A stretch of 64,000 nucleotides of DNA from assembly GCA_947631785.1 (NCBI GenBank), contig CANRMR010000002.1:706-64705 (forward strand). Reading direction: 5' to 3'. Positions 1 to 10,836 of this stretch are shown piece after piece (the first letter of the stretch is position 1; every line of letters starts with the position of its first letter). Below the pieces are notes generated by a model. The model made no database searches, was not told where the DNA came from, and saw nothing but the letters and a program-made list of their open reading frames with translations. The position numbers were made by a program, and so were the translations under genes. Source of the DNA: an uncultured Clostridia bacterium. Its GTDB lineage: Bacteria > Bacillota > Clostridia > TANB77 > CAG-508.

Positions 1-230
1 TTGAAGAACAATACACCTTACAAAGTACCTAAACAATAGTATTTTGTTTTTTATATTTCCTAATATTTACCAGTGATTTTTATATATTAAAAATCGCTTA
101 TTTGTGATGCTTATTTTTTTCTTGAAAAATTTTTTTATTTTTTTCAAAAAATGCTTGACTTTTTATAGTTGGTCTTTCTAATGCACAAATCTGGCTTAAA
201 AAAAATTGTAATTATTTTTTAGGCCTTTTG

Positions 231-686
231 TTAATCATTATCAATTAGATTAATAATCATATTTTTAAATAAATTTGCTCTTAATGCATCTTTATATTCT
301 TGAGGTACAATTAGTACTTTATCACTTGTTGCAACCTTAAGTAGTTTTGCTTCTTCTTTAGTAATGTATCCTTCTGATAGCATTGTACTAATATAAATAT
401 CTGTTTCATGAGATGTTACCTTTTGATCAATACTTTTTATTAAATTCATTAAATAATCATCTCTTGTAGTATTTATTTTTCTAATACGGATATATCCTCC
501 GCCACCTCTTCTACTTTCTACATAATATCCCTGTTCTGGATTAAACCTTGTAGATATAACATAATTTATTTGTGATGGAACACATTTAAAATATTCTGCA
601 AGCTCATTTCTTTGAATATCAATATATTCATTTTCATTTTTTAACAAATCCTTAATAAATGCTTCTATAACATCTGATATTCTCAA
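231..686 (-). CDS. ctsR: Transcriptional repressor CtsR (class III stress genes). Likely TTG start at 686.
   Basis: 151-aa product with the CtsR-typical glycine-rich HTH motif ESRRGGGGYIRIRK. A Shine-Dalgarno-like AAAGGAGAG sits upstream of the TTG. Confidence 0.85.
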   Translation of the reverse strand: MRISDVIEAFIKDLLKNENEYIDIQRNELAEYFKCVPSQINYVISTRFNPEQGYYVESRRGGGGYIRIRKINTTRDDYLMNLIKSIDQKVTSHETDIYISTMLSEGYITKEEAKLLKVATSDKVLIVPQEYKDALRANLFKNMIINLIDND

Positions 687-721
687 ATTACACTCACTCT
701 CCTTTTAACTTAAAATTGCTT

Positions 722-740
722 TTAACTTTCTTTGACTTTT
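722..740 (-). promoter_or_regulatory. Putative CtsR operator (heptad direct repeat) upstream of ctsR.
   Basis: Minus-strand sequence AAAAGTCAAAGAAAGTTAAA matches the CtsR box consensus (A/G)GTCAAA-NAN-(A/G)GTCAAA with one mismatch. It lies about 40 nt upstream of the ctsR start. Confidence 0.5.
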
Positions 741-760
741 AGTTATTAAAGAAAAGCCGA

Positions 761-1552
761 TTAAAGTACATCGGCAAAATCTTTTTTGCTTTTTTTAAAT
801 ACATAATTTCCCCAAACCATTAATATAATAGTAATAATCCAAAATACAGCTGTATATATGCCCCATCCTTGAGTTACAATATTTCCTTCTATAAATACTT
901 GTCTAAAGCCTGTTACCAAATATGTAAATGGCATACACTGAAATATTTTTTGTAATAACGGATGACTATTTAACATAGATAAATTCCATACAATTGGAGT
1001 AAACCACATAAATAACTGCATTAATATACCTAGTAATTGTGCAAAATCTGGTACTAATGTTGAAATTGCAGATGTAAACCTTGTAAATGCAATAATAAAT
1101 GCATATGCTGCAAATATAATATAAATAAGCATTAAAATATTTGGCATATAATTAAAAATAATACATACAATAATTGAAATTGTAAATAAAAATATAGATA
1201 CAAAGCTAGTTGCTATAATAGATATAATTGGAATTACATCTACTGGAAAAACTACTTTTTTTACTAAGTAACTATAATTTCTAATTGAACTGCTTGCACT
1301 TAAAATATTATCATTAATACACATCCACATAGACATTCCAGGTAAAAACCAAACAATGTAAGGGTCATTTCCTGCACTTCCAGTTTTTAAAATATATTGA
1401 AAAACAATAACATATGTAAACATAAATACAAATGGAGATAAAAATCCCCATAAACTTCCTAAACTAGTATTTGCAAATCTATTTTTAAAATCATTTTTTC
1501 CTAATTGAAAAATTAACTTTCTATTTTTTAATATGTTTTTTAAAAAATCCAT
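761..1552 (-). CDS. ABC-2 type polysaccharide/teichoic-acid export permease (TagG/Wzm/KpsM-like).
   Basis: 263-aa polytopic membrane protein with an ABC-2 permease signature, adjacent to glycosyltransferase genes. Confidence 0.75.
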   Translation of the reverse strand: MDFLKNILKNRKLIFQLGKNDFKNRFANTSLGSLWGFLSPFVFMFTYVIVFQYILKTGSAGNDPYIVWFLPGMSMWMCINDNILSASSSIRNYSYLVKKVVFPVDVIPIISIIATSFVSIFLFTISIIVCIIFNYMPNILMLIYIIFAAYAFIIAFTRFTSAISTLVPDFAQLLGILMQLFMWFTPIVWNLSMLNSHPLLQKIFQCMPFTYLVTGFRQVFIEGNIVTQGWGIYTAVFWIITIILMVWGNYVFKKSKKDFADVL

Positions 1553-1623
1553 ATTAGTATAACCTCCTAAAACATATTAATATTTTATATGTTTATTTAT
1601 TTTTTGTCAATATTTACATTTTT

Positions 1624-2631
1624 TTAAAAATAAAATATCCGAAAACATGGAAAATGGAATAAAACAATTTCTTTAAATATTCTTTTTCTTAATCCCTTTG
1701 CATATAAAAAACGAAAATATGATAAAATATTAAAATTTATAAATTTACTTTTTTCTATGTTTTCATAATAATTTAATATTTTATTTATAATTTCTATATT
1801 TTCACTTTTTATTGTATAATCTAGTGCCATTTTAGCACCATCTTTATATGAATTATTTATAACATATTTTCTGTAAGCTAAATAATCTTGGTATGTACTT
1901 CCATTTTGATTTTTCCATTTTTCAATATTTTTATCTAATTGTCTTCCACCATATATGTTAGATAAGTGTAAGCGATATTTTAAAAGTGGTTTTGGAATAT
2001 ATGAAATACCTTTTTCTTGATTTGCAATTACTACAGAAAGCCAATCATGTGCAATAACATCTTTTTGAAAAGGTATCATTTTTTCCTTTACATTCTTAGT
2101 TATTAATTGTGTACATCCAAGTATTGTATGTCTTGCAAATAATATTTTTTTATTTTTCCCGTCTAATATTGGTAAATTTTTATATTTCATATAACTTTTT
2201 TGTGTTAAATTATCTTCACTATCTATCTGCATTGCATCACAATATACCATATCTACATTTTTACTCTTTAATTGCTCTAAACTTATTTTAACCTTATCTT
2301 TGTCCCATATATCATCATGATCACAAAACATAATATATGGAGCTGTAGATTGTTTTAATAGAAATTCAAAATTTTTAACAAATCCAACATTTTTTTCTTG
2401 CAAAAAAATATTTATTCTTTTATCCTTCTTTTCATAGTCTATTAAAACTTCTTTAACACGTATATCATTTGATGCATCATCACTTATGTATATTTTTATA
2501 TTTTGATATGTTTGGCAAAGCAAACTATCTATTTGTTTTGTTAAATATTTAATTTCAGTATTGAAAGTAGTAACTAAAATATCTACTAAGTCATTTTCCA
2601 TTACATTTATTACCTCTTTCTTAAATTTCAT
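1624..2631 (-). CDS. Family 2 glycosyltransferase.
   Basis: N-terminal GT-A motif ILVTTFNTEIKYLTKQIDSLLCQTYQNIKIYISDDASND. An in-frame CGG at 1639..1641 lies 5 codons from the C-terminus, so the C-terminal reading is ambiguous. Confidence 0.75.
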   Translation of the reverse strand: MKFKKEVINVMENDLVDILVTTFNTEIKYLTKQIDSLLCQTYQNIKIYISDDASNDIRVKEVLIDYEKKDKRINIFLQEKNVGFVKNFEFLLKQSTAPYIMFCDHDDIWDKDKVKISLEQLKSKNVDMVYCDAMQIDSEDNLTQKSYMKYKNLPILDGKNKKILFARHTILGCTQLITKNVKEKMIPFQKDVIAHDWLSVVIANQEKGISYIPKPLLKYRLHLSNIYGGRQLDKNIEKWKNQNGSTYQDYLAYRKYVINNSYKDGAKMALDYTIKSENIEIINKILNYYENIEKSKFINFNILSYFRFLYAKGLRKRIFKEIVLFHFPCFRIFYF

Positions 2632-2673
2632 AATAGACGCACTAAAAAGTAGTACGTCTATTATGCATACAAT

Positions 2674-3012
2674 TTAAACTTTTTTCCAGAACCAATCCAA
2701 ACTGTTATCAATGCTTTTTTTGTTTCTAAATTTTGCTTCAATATCATCTATCCATAAATATGCAATGTATGTAACAAGTATAAATAAAAAGTCATAAGTT
2801 ATGCAATTAGATAGTTGGCCTGAAAGATATGAGTATTCTTCTGGCAATGTTACCATTTGCACAATGTGCATTACAATAAAAGCTAAATAAAGCAATAATA
2901 ATATAGCAGGAATAGCACTTCTTTTAACTTCTTTTCCAAGTAAAATAACACATACAGTAAGAAGTAAAAATGCTAACGCATAGCCTGGATTTGCTATATT
3001 TAAAATAAACAT
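2674..3012 (-). CDS. Small membrane protein, DUF2304-like. Typically found downstream of GT2 genes.
   Basis: 112 aa with 3 predicted TM segments and the gene context. Confidence 0.45.
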   Translation of the reverse strand: MFILNIANPGYALAFLLLTVCVILLGKEVKRSAIPAILLLLYLAFIVMHIVQMVTLPEEYSYLSGQLSNCITYDFLFILVTYIAYLWIDDIEAKFRNKKSIDNSLDWFWKKV

Positions 3013-3028
3013 CTTTCCCTTTTCCTCC

Positions 3029-4396
3029 TTAGTTTAAATTTTTTTCTATTAAATCTGCTAGCTTTTTTGCTTCAGCAGAGATATAGCTTTGGTCTTCACC
3101 TTCTATCATTACTCTAATTAATGGTTCTGTCCCAGAAGGTCTAATTAAAACTCTACCATTGTTTTTAAATTTATCTTTTAATTCATCAATTGCTTGTTTA
3201 ATTTGCTTATTTTCCTCATATTCCATTTTTCTTTTTTGATTAACTTTTGCATTTATTAAAACTTGTGGATATGTTTTTATAATTTTACTTAAATTTGATG
3301 CAGAAACATTTTCTTCTAACATAATTTTTATTAGCATTAAAGATGTAAATATACCATCTCCTGTTGGATTATAATCTAACATAATAATATGTCCAGATTG
3401 TTCCCCACCTAGATTATATCCATTTTCAAGCATTTTTTCTAAAACATATCGATCTCCTACATTAGTTTGCACTAAGTTTACATTATTATCATCTGCAAAA
3501 CGGTTCATTCCTAAATTACTCATAACAGTCGCAACTAAAGTATCTTTGTTTAACTTTTCTTTTTTCTTTAAATATTTTGCAAATATTGCAAGTAATTTAT
3601 CTCCATCTATTAAATTTCCTTTTTCATCAACTGCTAAACATCTGTCTCCATCGCCATCATAAGCAATACCTAATGAAAGTTTGTTATCTAATACAAATTT
3701 TTTTATATTTTCTATATGTGTTGAACCACAATTTTTGTTTATGTTTGTACCATCTGGATTATTGTTTATAATTTTATATGGTATTTTTAAACTTTTAAAT
3801 ATCTTTTCTGCAATCTTATAAGTTGCTCCATTTGCTGTATCAATTCCAACTATAAAGTCTTTTCTAGAATTGCACATTTGGTCAATATTTTCGAAATTAT
3901 TTATTACAAAGTTAATATAAGTATCAGACATATCACTTTTTACTTCAGAAATACCTATTTTATGTGGCACAGCATTTAACTTGCTAATTTTTCCAGAATC
4001 CATTATTTCTTCAATTTTTTCTTCTATATCGTCAGATATTTTCATTCCTTTATTACTAAAAAACTTAATTCCATTAAATTCATATGTATTGTGGGAAGCG
4101 GAAATTACAACACTTGCATCTGCATTATATTTTTTAGTAAGGTAAGCAACAGCTGGTGTTGGAATAACTCCTAGCAATTTTACATTTGCACCATAACTTA
4201 AAAATCCTGCTGTCATTGCGCTTTCAATAAGTGTTCCTGAAATTCTTGTATCTCTACCAATTAAAATAGTTGGAGTATTATTATTTTCTTTAGATAAAAC
4301 ATATGCTCCCGCTTTTGCAACTTTGTATACAAGTTCTGGAGTAAGTTCAGTATTTGCAATTCTTCTAATTCCATCTGTTCCAAAATATTTTCTCAT
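3029..4396 (-). CDS. glmM: Phosphoglucosamine mutase GlmM.
   Basis: FGTDGIRR N-terminus and the phosphoserine loop SASHNTYEFNGIKFF. Start assigned to the second ATG (MRKYF), preceded by a GGAGGT RBS. Confidence 0.9.
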   Translation of the reverse strand: MRKYFGTDGIRRIANTELTPELVYKVAKAGAYVLSKENNNTPTILIGRDTRISGTLIESAMTAGFLSYGANVKLLGVIPTPAVAYLTKKYNADASVVISASHNTYEFNGIKFFSNKGMKISDDIEEKIEEIMDSGKISKLNAVPHKIGISEVKSDMSDTYINFVINNFENIDQMCNSRKDFIVGIDTANGATYKIAEKIFKSLKIPYKIINNNPDGTNINKNCGSTHIENIKKFVLDNKLSLGIAYDGDGDRCLAVDEKGNLIDGDKLLAIFAKYLKKKEKLNKDTLVATVMSNLGMNRFADDNNVNLVQTNVGDRYVLEKMLENGYNLGGEQSGHIIMLDYNPTGDGIFTSLMLIKIMLEENVSASNLSKIIKTYPQVLINAKVNQKRKMEYEENKQIKQAIDELKDKFKNNGRVLIRPSGTEPLIRVMIEGEDQSYISAEAKKLADLIEKNLN

Positions 4397-4682
4397 ATAT
4401 ACCTCCAATATTTTTAATATTACTATATTTTATTCTATATTTTCTTTTATTGTTCTTTTAAAATGCAAGATGTACAAATCACTATTTTAAAATAATTATA
4501 TGTTAAATTCTTTTTCATGTCAATTATTTTTAATAAAGATTTTTTTAAGACAAAAGTTAAATATTAAATAATATTTTTTTACAAAATTTTAAATTATTTT
4601 TAATTAAATTTCTCATTTTCTATTGAATTTCTTCTTTTTTTGATATACTATATTGTTATATAAATACTAAGGAGGAAAAAAA

Positions 4683-5582
4683 ATGCCAAAAGATACATCA
4701 GAAAATGAAAAAAAACAAACAAAAAAACCAGTAAAATCAAAGAATAAATCAAATTCTGTTAAGGATTTAAATAAAGAAAATGTTACTAAAAAAACAACTA
4801 AAACAGCTAAAACAACAAAAAAATCCACAACTAAAACTTCTTCTAAAAGTAAAAAAGAAGATATTTCAAATAAATTAAATACTAAAAAAACTACTTCTAA
4901 TAAACTTAAGAAAAAAAATACAAAGGATACTAAAACTTCAAAGTCTAAAAAATTTCAAATAATAGAATATTATGACTTGCCATATAGCTATAATCAAACA
5001 ACTGTGAAAATTCTTTATCAAACCCCTACTACATTATTTGTATACTGGGATATATCAGAAGAAGATAGAAAAAATTATATAGAAAAATATGGTGATGAAT
5101 TTTTCTATAATTCTAAACCTGTTTTAATAATTCATAACTTAACTTATCAAACTAATTTTGAAGTAGAAATTAATGATTTTGCAAATAGTTGGTATTTAAA
5201 GATGGCTGAACCTAATTGTAAATATGAAATTGAACTAGGTAGAAGAATTACTAATTTAGACCAAAAATTCAATAGCAATAAAGAATATAACAAAAAAGCA
5301 GAAACCGTTTATTATAACCAATATATATTAGTTGCAAATTCAAATGATATATATATGCCTAATGATCATATATTACTAGAAAATATAAAACCTGGTACAA
5401 AAATACAATTTAAAAATGTAAAAACACACGAAATAACAACAAAAGAATATGGAACATTTATGTTTATGCCTGATATTTATAAATTATTTAGGTTTTATAA
5501 AGAAGTATATAAAGATGAAATTATGGAAGATACTAATAAAACCCTTTTATCTAACCCTTCTTCTTCTTCATTTTTTATGTAA
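4683..5582 (+). CDS. DUF4912-like protein with a Lys/Thr-rich low-complexity N-terminus.
   Basis: 299-aa product whose N-terminus is rich in K, T and S. Lies immediately upstream of the GH57 enzyme, the usual DUF4912-GH57 pairing. Confidence 0.45.
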   Translation: MPKDTSENEKKQTKKPVKSKNKSNSVKDLNKENVTKKTTKTAKTTKKSTTKTSSKSKKEDISNKLNTKKTTSNKLKKKNTKDTKTSKSKKFQIIEYYDLPYSYNQTTVKILYQTPTTLFVYWDISEEDRKNYIEKYGDEFFYNSKPVLIIHNLTYQTNFEVEINDFANSWYLKMAEPNCKYEIELGRRITNLDQKFNSNKEYNKKAETVYYNQYILVANSNDIYMPNDHILLENIKPGTKIQFKNVKTHEITTKEYGTFMFMPDIYKLFRFYKEVYKDEIMEDTNKTLLSNPSSSSFFM

Positions 5583-5619
5583 CAAAAAAATTTAATAGTA
5601 TTATAAAGGAGCATTACAA

Positions 5620-7212
5620 ATGAATAATAATATAAAAGGATATGTAAGTTTTATTCTTCATGCACACTTACCATTTGTACATCATCCAGAAAGTGATGAT
5701 TACTTAGAAGAAGAATGGTTATTTGAAGCAATTTCAGAAACATATATCCCATTGCTTATAAATTTTAAGAAATTAGAGGAAGAAAAAGTTGATTTTCGAA
5801 TTACTATGTCACTTACCCCTCCTCTTCTTTCTATGTTAGATAGTAAATTATTACAAAGAAAATATATTAACTATTTAAAAAAACATATTGAACTATGTAA
5901 AAAAGAAGTAAAAAGAACAATTTATGATTCAAGACTAAATGAACTTTCTAAATATTATCTTAATAGATATTCTAATGATTTACATTTATTTAAAGATGTA
6001 TATGAATGTAATTTAATTAATGCATTTAAACATTTTCAAGATATTGGTGTTTTAGAAATTATTACATGTGGTGCAACACATGGCTACTTTCCTATTTTAT
6101 ATTTAAATGAAAAAACAGTTAGAGCACAAATTGCAGTTGGAGTTCAAACATATGAAAAATATTTTGGCAAAAAACCTCGTGGCATATGGCTTCCAGAATG
6201 TGGCTATATTCCAGAGGCAGATAAATATTTAAAAGAATTTGGAATTGAATATGTTATTACAGAATCACATGGAATCTTATATGCAAACCCTACTCCTATT
6301 TATGGAACATATGCACCTATTGTTTCGCCTGAAGGCGTAATTGCATTTGGTAGAGATATAGAATCATCAAGGCAAGTTTGGAGTTCAATTAATGGTTATC
6401 CCGGAGATTTTAATTATAGAGAATTTTACAGAGACATTGGTTATGATGCAGACTATGATTATATAAAACCATATATTGCACATGATGGCGTTCGTGTAAA
6501 TACAGGAATTAAATATTATAGAATTACAGGAAAAACAGAATATAAAGATTATTATAATATACAGTGGGCACACGATTCAGCTGAAAAGCAAGCAGGTCAT
6601 TTTTTCGATTCTAGGCAAAAACAAATAGAAAATTTATCAAATTATATGGATACTCCTCCTATTATTTTATGTCCTTATGATGCCGAACTTTATGGTCATT
6701 GGTGGTATGAAGGTCCATATTGGTTATATATATTATTTAAAAAAATTTACTATGATAACTGTAATTATAAATTAATAACACCTAGTGAATATATAGATAA
6801 ATTTCCTAATATGCAAATATCTACTCCTTGCCGTTCTAGCTGGGGTGCTAATGGATATAGTAGGGTATGGCTAAATGAAACAAACGATTATGTTCATCGC
6901 CATCTTCATGTTGCAGGAGACAGAATGGTAGAGCTTGCTCACCTATTTCCAAATGAAAAGAAAAAAATAAAAAAACAAGCTTTAAATCAGTGTGCAAGAG
7001 AATTGCTTCTTGCTCAAAGTAGTGATTGGTTATTTATTATTACAAATGGAACAATGGTAGATTACGCAAAAAAACGTATTAAAGAACATATTGGAAGATT
7101 TACAAAACTATATAACCAAATTAAAAATGACGAAATTGATGAAACCTTTTTAAAAGAAATCTCGCAAAAGGATAAAATTTTTCCAGATATAGATTATATG
7201 ATTTATTATTAA
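5620..7212 (+). CDS. GH57-family 1,4-alpha-glucan branching enzyme (DUF1957-type).
   Basis: N-terminal GYVSFILHAHLPFVHHPE... motif characteristic of GH57 branching enzymes. 530 aa. Confidence 0.8.
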   Translation: MNNNIKGYVSFILHAHLPFVHHPESDDYLEEEWLFEAISETYIPLLINFKKLEEEKVDFRITMSLTPPLLSMLDSKLLQRKYINYLKKHIELCKKEVKRTIYDSRLNELSKYYLNRYSNDLHLFKDVYECNLINAFKHFQDIGVLEIITCGATHGYFPILYLNEKTVRAQIAVGVQTYEKYFGKKPRGIWLPECGYIPEADKYLKEFGIEYVITESHGILYANPTPIYGTYAPIVSPEGVIAFGRDIESSRQVWSSINGYPGDFNYREFYRDIGYDADYDYIKPYIAHDGVRVNTGIKYYRITGKTEYKDYYNIQWAHDSAEKQAGHFFDSRQKQIENLSNYMDTPPIILCPYDAELYGHWWYEGPYWLYILFKKIYYDNCNYKLITPSEYIDKFPNMQISTPCRSSWGANGYSRVWLNETNDYVHRHLHVAGDRMVELAHLFPNEKKKIKKQALNQCARELLLAQSSDWLFIITNGTMVDYAKKRIKEHIGRFTKLYNQIKNDEIDETFLKEISQKDKIFPDIDYMIYY

Positions 7213-7215
7213 AAA

Positions 7216-7258
7216 CAAAAAAATGTTATAATTATTTCTTAATTATAACATTTTTTTG
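7216..7258 (+). terminator. Rho-independent terminator after the GH57 gene.
   Basis: Perfect palindrome AAAAATGTTATAATTA-tttc-TAATTATAACATTTTTTT followed by a T run. Confidence 0.6.
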
Positions 7259-7364
7259 TTTTCACCTTTTTTTATAACAAGAATAAAATAATGTATAGCT
7301 AAATTATTTTAGTAGATAATATAAACATGGAATTATTCTAAAAGAAAGGAGAGATTCTTTTTTC

Positions 7365-8222
7365 ATGAAATCATTTTGCATTAAAGTAAATAATAAAAAT
7401 ATTCAAAATTATCTACTAAATAACTTTTTAGATTTAAATTTAGACTCTCTATTTGTTTCTCAAAATAAATTTTCAAAATATGAAAATATTGTAGTACATT
7501 ATAAAGGAGAAGATTTAGAATACTTTTATAAACAATTCTCTAATATCATGACAGATTGTATTTTGTTTTATTATGAAGATATTTTACTAAAAAAACTAAT
7601 AGATTTTGATTATTTTTATTTTTCAGAATTTGAAAAAAGACAAATTTTAAATATTGCTTCTTCTTATTTAGATTTAGATAATGAATACTCAAAAAGATAT
7701 ACATTAATTTTAGATGCTGTATATGATTATATAAAATCAGAAAAATCTATGATTTTAGGAGGATTTGTTTTTTTTAGATTATATAATTATATTAAATTAT
7801 TAGATACCTTGATAGATAACAGTGTTAATCAATTCTTAATACAAAAAGAATATATAGAATTTATTAATCTTTTAAAGGTTTTTGTTTCATCATCACCATG
7901 TCAAACAGAGGCTGTTCACTTAATATATAATGATTATCATAGCATTATTTTAGATGAAACATATAATATTATCCCAATTAATAACGATTTTTTTAAAGCT
8001 AAGTATATTTCAGACATTAGCTTTTCTGAAAACGATTATATATTAAATACATTACTTACAATTTTACCAAAAAAGATTACAATTCATTTTATTTCATCTA
8101 CAAAAGAAGATGAATTTATTAATACATTAAAACAGATTTTTGAAAAAAGAATTAAAATATGTACAGATTGTTCTATTTGTAATTTATATAAATTATCCAA
8201 AGATACTACAAACACATATTAA
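7365..8222 (+). CDS. Hypothetical protein (possibly YtxC-like sporulation protein).
   Basis: 285-aa ORF with an RBS AAAGGAGAG upstream. The family assignment is weak. Confidence 0.4.
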   Translation: MKSFCIKVNNKNIQNYLLNNFLDLNLDSLFVSQNKFSKYENIVVHYKGEDLEYFYKQFSNIMTDCILFYYEDILLKKLIDFDYFYFSEFEKRQILNIASSYLDLDNEYSKRYTLILDAVYDYIKSEKSMILGGFVFFRLYNYIKLLDTLIDNSVNQFLIQKEYIEFINLLKVFVSSSPCQTEAVHLIYNDYHSIILDETYNIIPINNDFFKAKYISDISFSENDYILNTLLTILPKKITIHFISSTKEDEFINTLKQIFEKRIKICTDCSICNLYKLSKDTTNTY

Positions 8223-8303
8223 TTAAGTGGCAAAAGCCAACTTTTCTTGTATTTACATTTTTTAATTGTTATGGTATTATTTATTTTAAGGTGATGTAAT
8301 ATT

Positions 8304-8961
8304 ATGAGTAGCTTTATGTTAAAAATGATTGCAATATTTACAATGCTTATAGACCATTTATATTTTGTAATACCAAATGCTGGATATATATATAGATATA
8401 TTGGAAGAATATCTTTTCCACTTTTTGCATTTCAAATATCTGTCCGGATATAGTCATACGAAGAATGTTAAAAAATATTGTATAAGACTTTTTTTATTTG
8501 CTCTTATTTCGCAAATTCCATTCATGCTATTATTTGAAACAAAATCATTAAATATATTTTTCACATTATTATTTGGATTAATTTGCATGATTTTATGGGA
8601 TAAGCTAAAAAATAAAAAAATTTCATTTATTTTAATATTTATACTTGCATTTATAGCAGAGTGTCTTAGTTTTGATTATGGTGCATTTGGTGTACTTAGT
8701 ATATTTGTTTTCTATATTTTTAGAGAAAAACATATTTTAATGGCATTATCTTTTATATTGCTTACAATATTAAATTTTTTACCTTCATTAATTGCAGCAA
8801 ATTTTTATTATGTTAATATTTTGTATATATTATTTACTATATTGCCTTTAATTTTTATTTTATTTTTTAATGGTAAAAAAGGAAAAGATATGAAATATTT
8901 TATGTACGCTTTTTATCCATTACATATTACAATTCTTTATTTAACAAAAATATTAACCTAA
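8304..8961 (+). CDS. traX: TraX family membrane protein, read through an in-frame CGG at 8445..8447 by a +1 shift.
   Basis: The N-terminal 47 codons (MSSFMLKMIAIFTMLIDHLYF...FAFQISV) end in CGG. The +1 frame continues with GYSHTKNVKKYCIRLFLFALISQIPF..., typical TraX motifs. The healed junction is FAFQISV-G-YSHT. Confidence 0.7.
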
Positions 8962-9009
8962 ACTATGGCAGTGTTTAGCCGCTATAGTTTAGGTTATATT
9001 TAGCTTAAG

Positions 9010-9951
9010 TTATATTGCATAATTTATTCCTCTTGCTACAACATCTTTCATGTTTTCTATTAATTCATCTATTTCTTTAGGAGTTACAATCATGTTAAAA
9101 TCATTTGGAACAAGTGCCTCTTTTATTTCTTCATAATTATCTTTTTCTTTTAATTTATTTAAAGATTCATTAGAATTTGCATCATTTTGAAGTTTTTCTA
9201 TAAATAAATCTAAACAATCATTTACAACTACTGCAGTTTCAACAACTGTTGGAATTCCCAGCGCAATTACAGGAATACCTAAACTTTCTTTGCTTAAATT
9301 TTTTCTAGTATTTCCAACCCCTGCTCCTGGTACAATTCCAGTATCTGCAAGCTGTACTGTACTACTTATTCTTTCTATACTTCTAGATGCTAATGCATCA
9401 ATAACAATAAGAAGTTTTGGATGAATATTATCTACAATTCCTTTTAATATTTCTACTGTTTCTATCCCTGTTGTTCCAAGTACTCCAGGAGAAATAGCTG
9501 CAACACTTCTTGTTCCTTCTTCTAAACATTCTGGCATATATTTTAAGATATGCCTTGTTACATCCACTTCATTAATTACTTTAGGTCCTAGTGAATCAGG
9601 TGTAACATATTGATTTCCAAGTCCTACAATTAATATAGGATCTTCCTTTCCAACATGTAAGTCTATAAGCTCTCTTAATTCTTTCGATAAAACCTCAGAT
9701 GCCCTTTGTATTTGCTCTTCAGTTGCTGTTTTTAATTTTTTTAAATCAATTGTTATATAATTACCAATAGGTTTACCAATGGATTGTGCACCATTTTCAT
9801 TTGTTACTTTAACCTTTGTAGTTTTTAAATTTTCAGAATATACTTGCTCTGTGGTTTCTATTCCGTCTATTTCATTTTCTATTTTATTTGCCTTTTTAAA
9901 AATATCTCTTCTTTCATCAGCTAAATCTGTTCTAAAATTATACATAAACAT
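9010..9951 (-). CDS. gpr: Germination protease GPR (spore endopeptidase).
   Basis: RTDLADE N-terminus and the LIVGLGNQYVTPDSLGPKV motif. Confidence 0.8.
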   Translation of the reverse strand: MFMYNFRTDLADERRDIFKKANKIENEIDGIETTEQVYSENLKTTKVKVTNENGAQSIGKPIGNYITIDLKKLKTATEEQIQRASEVLSKELRELIDLHVGKEDPILIVGLGNQYVTPDSLGPKVINEVDVTRHILKYMPECLEEGTRSVAAISPGVLGTTGIETVEILKGIVDNIHPKLLIVIDALASRSIERISSTVQLADTGIVPGAGVGNTRKNLSKESLGIPVIALGIPTVVETAVVVNDCLDLFIEKLQNDANSNESLNKLKEKDNYEEIKEALVPNDFNMIVTPKEIDELIENMKDVVARGINYAI

Positions 9952-10052
9952 ACCACCTTTATTTGTTTTTGCTTATGTATTTATTTTAAGAAAATTTATG
10001 TTTTTTATGCATTTTCTGTAAGTTTTGTTTTAACTTTTTATATTCAATACTT

Positions 10053-10772
10053 TTAGTTCCATAGTTCTACAACACTATTTACTGTATCTTCATTTTTTAA
10101 TACTACAATATGTTTATTATCTTTAAAAACATAATTACAAGTTATAACATCACCTAATTTTATTTCTTTTTTATAAGTAATTCTAATATTATCATATGGT
10201 CTTTTTATATACACATCTTCTGGTAGTGTTTCATATGCTAATTCTAAATAGTGTATATTATGCATATGTCCATTTACATCAATATTCCTTCTTGTAGGTT
10301 TAAATGTATAGGTATTTGTAAAACTATCTGGTATATTTATTTTTTCTATTTCTAATTCTTCAAAAACAGATTTATCTTCTAATTTATAACTATCAATAAC
10401 ATCCTGCGTTATTCTTGTTATTTTTTTATTTTTAGTATCCATTAATGCCCATTTGCTTGTCCCTATAACGCATAATTCCTTCTTTTCATTATAAATTTCA
10501 TAATCTCTATATGTTGTTACTTTTTTAACATTTCTTCCCCATGTTCTTACTAGTAATTTTTCTCCATAAATTGGTCTTTTTATAACTTTAATTTTCCAAT
10601 CTAATAAAAACCAACTTACCCCTTTTTCTTCAATGTCTAAAAGTCCATATCCTACTTTATCTGAATGATAACTACCAATATTCTCTAGTATTCTTAATAT
10701 TGTTCTATTAGTAATAAGGCCATTTTTTTCTACATCTTCTAGTCCTGTTTTCATTTCTTCTTCGTATATCAT
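10053..10772 (-). CDS. Acyl-ACP thioesterase.
   Basis: 239-aa hot-dog fold protein of the Acyl-ACP_TE family with the conserved NGHMHN region. Confidence 0.75.
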   Translation of the reverse strand: MIYEEEMKTGLEDVEKNGLITNRTILRILENIGSYHSDKVGYGLLDIEEKGVSWFLLDWKIKVIKRPIYGEKLLVRTWGRNVKKVTTYRDYEIYNEKKELCVIGTSKWALMDTKNKKITRITQDVIDSYKLEDKSVFEELEIEKINIPDSFTNTYTFKPTRRNIDVNGHMHNIHYLELAYETLPEDVYIKRPYDNIRITYKKEIKLGDVITCNYVFKDNKHIVVLKNEDTVNSVVELWN

Positions 10773-10836
10773 TATTATATTTCCTCCAAAAACAAAGTTT
10801 TAAACTGCTATTTTTTTAATTTTATCCTTAGTACTT

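Noticed and set aside
2109-2291. Short antisense ORFs from the six-frame track (2109..2291, 3577..3771, 6385..6573, 9779..10021, 14074..14361, 14133..14345, 15386..15628, 15934..16242, 16196..16405, 19966..20210, 21904..22104 and many others)
   Set aside because: All lie inside and antisense or out of frame to strongly supported genes. They have Leu/Phe/Ile-rich low-complexity composition typical of AT-rich noise and lack RBSs.
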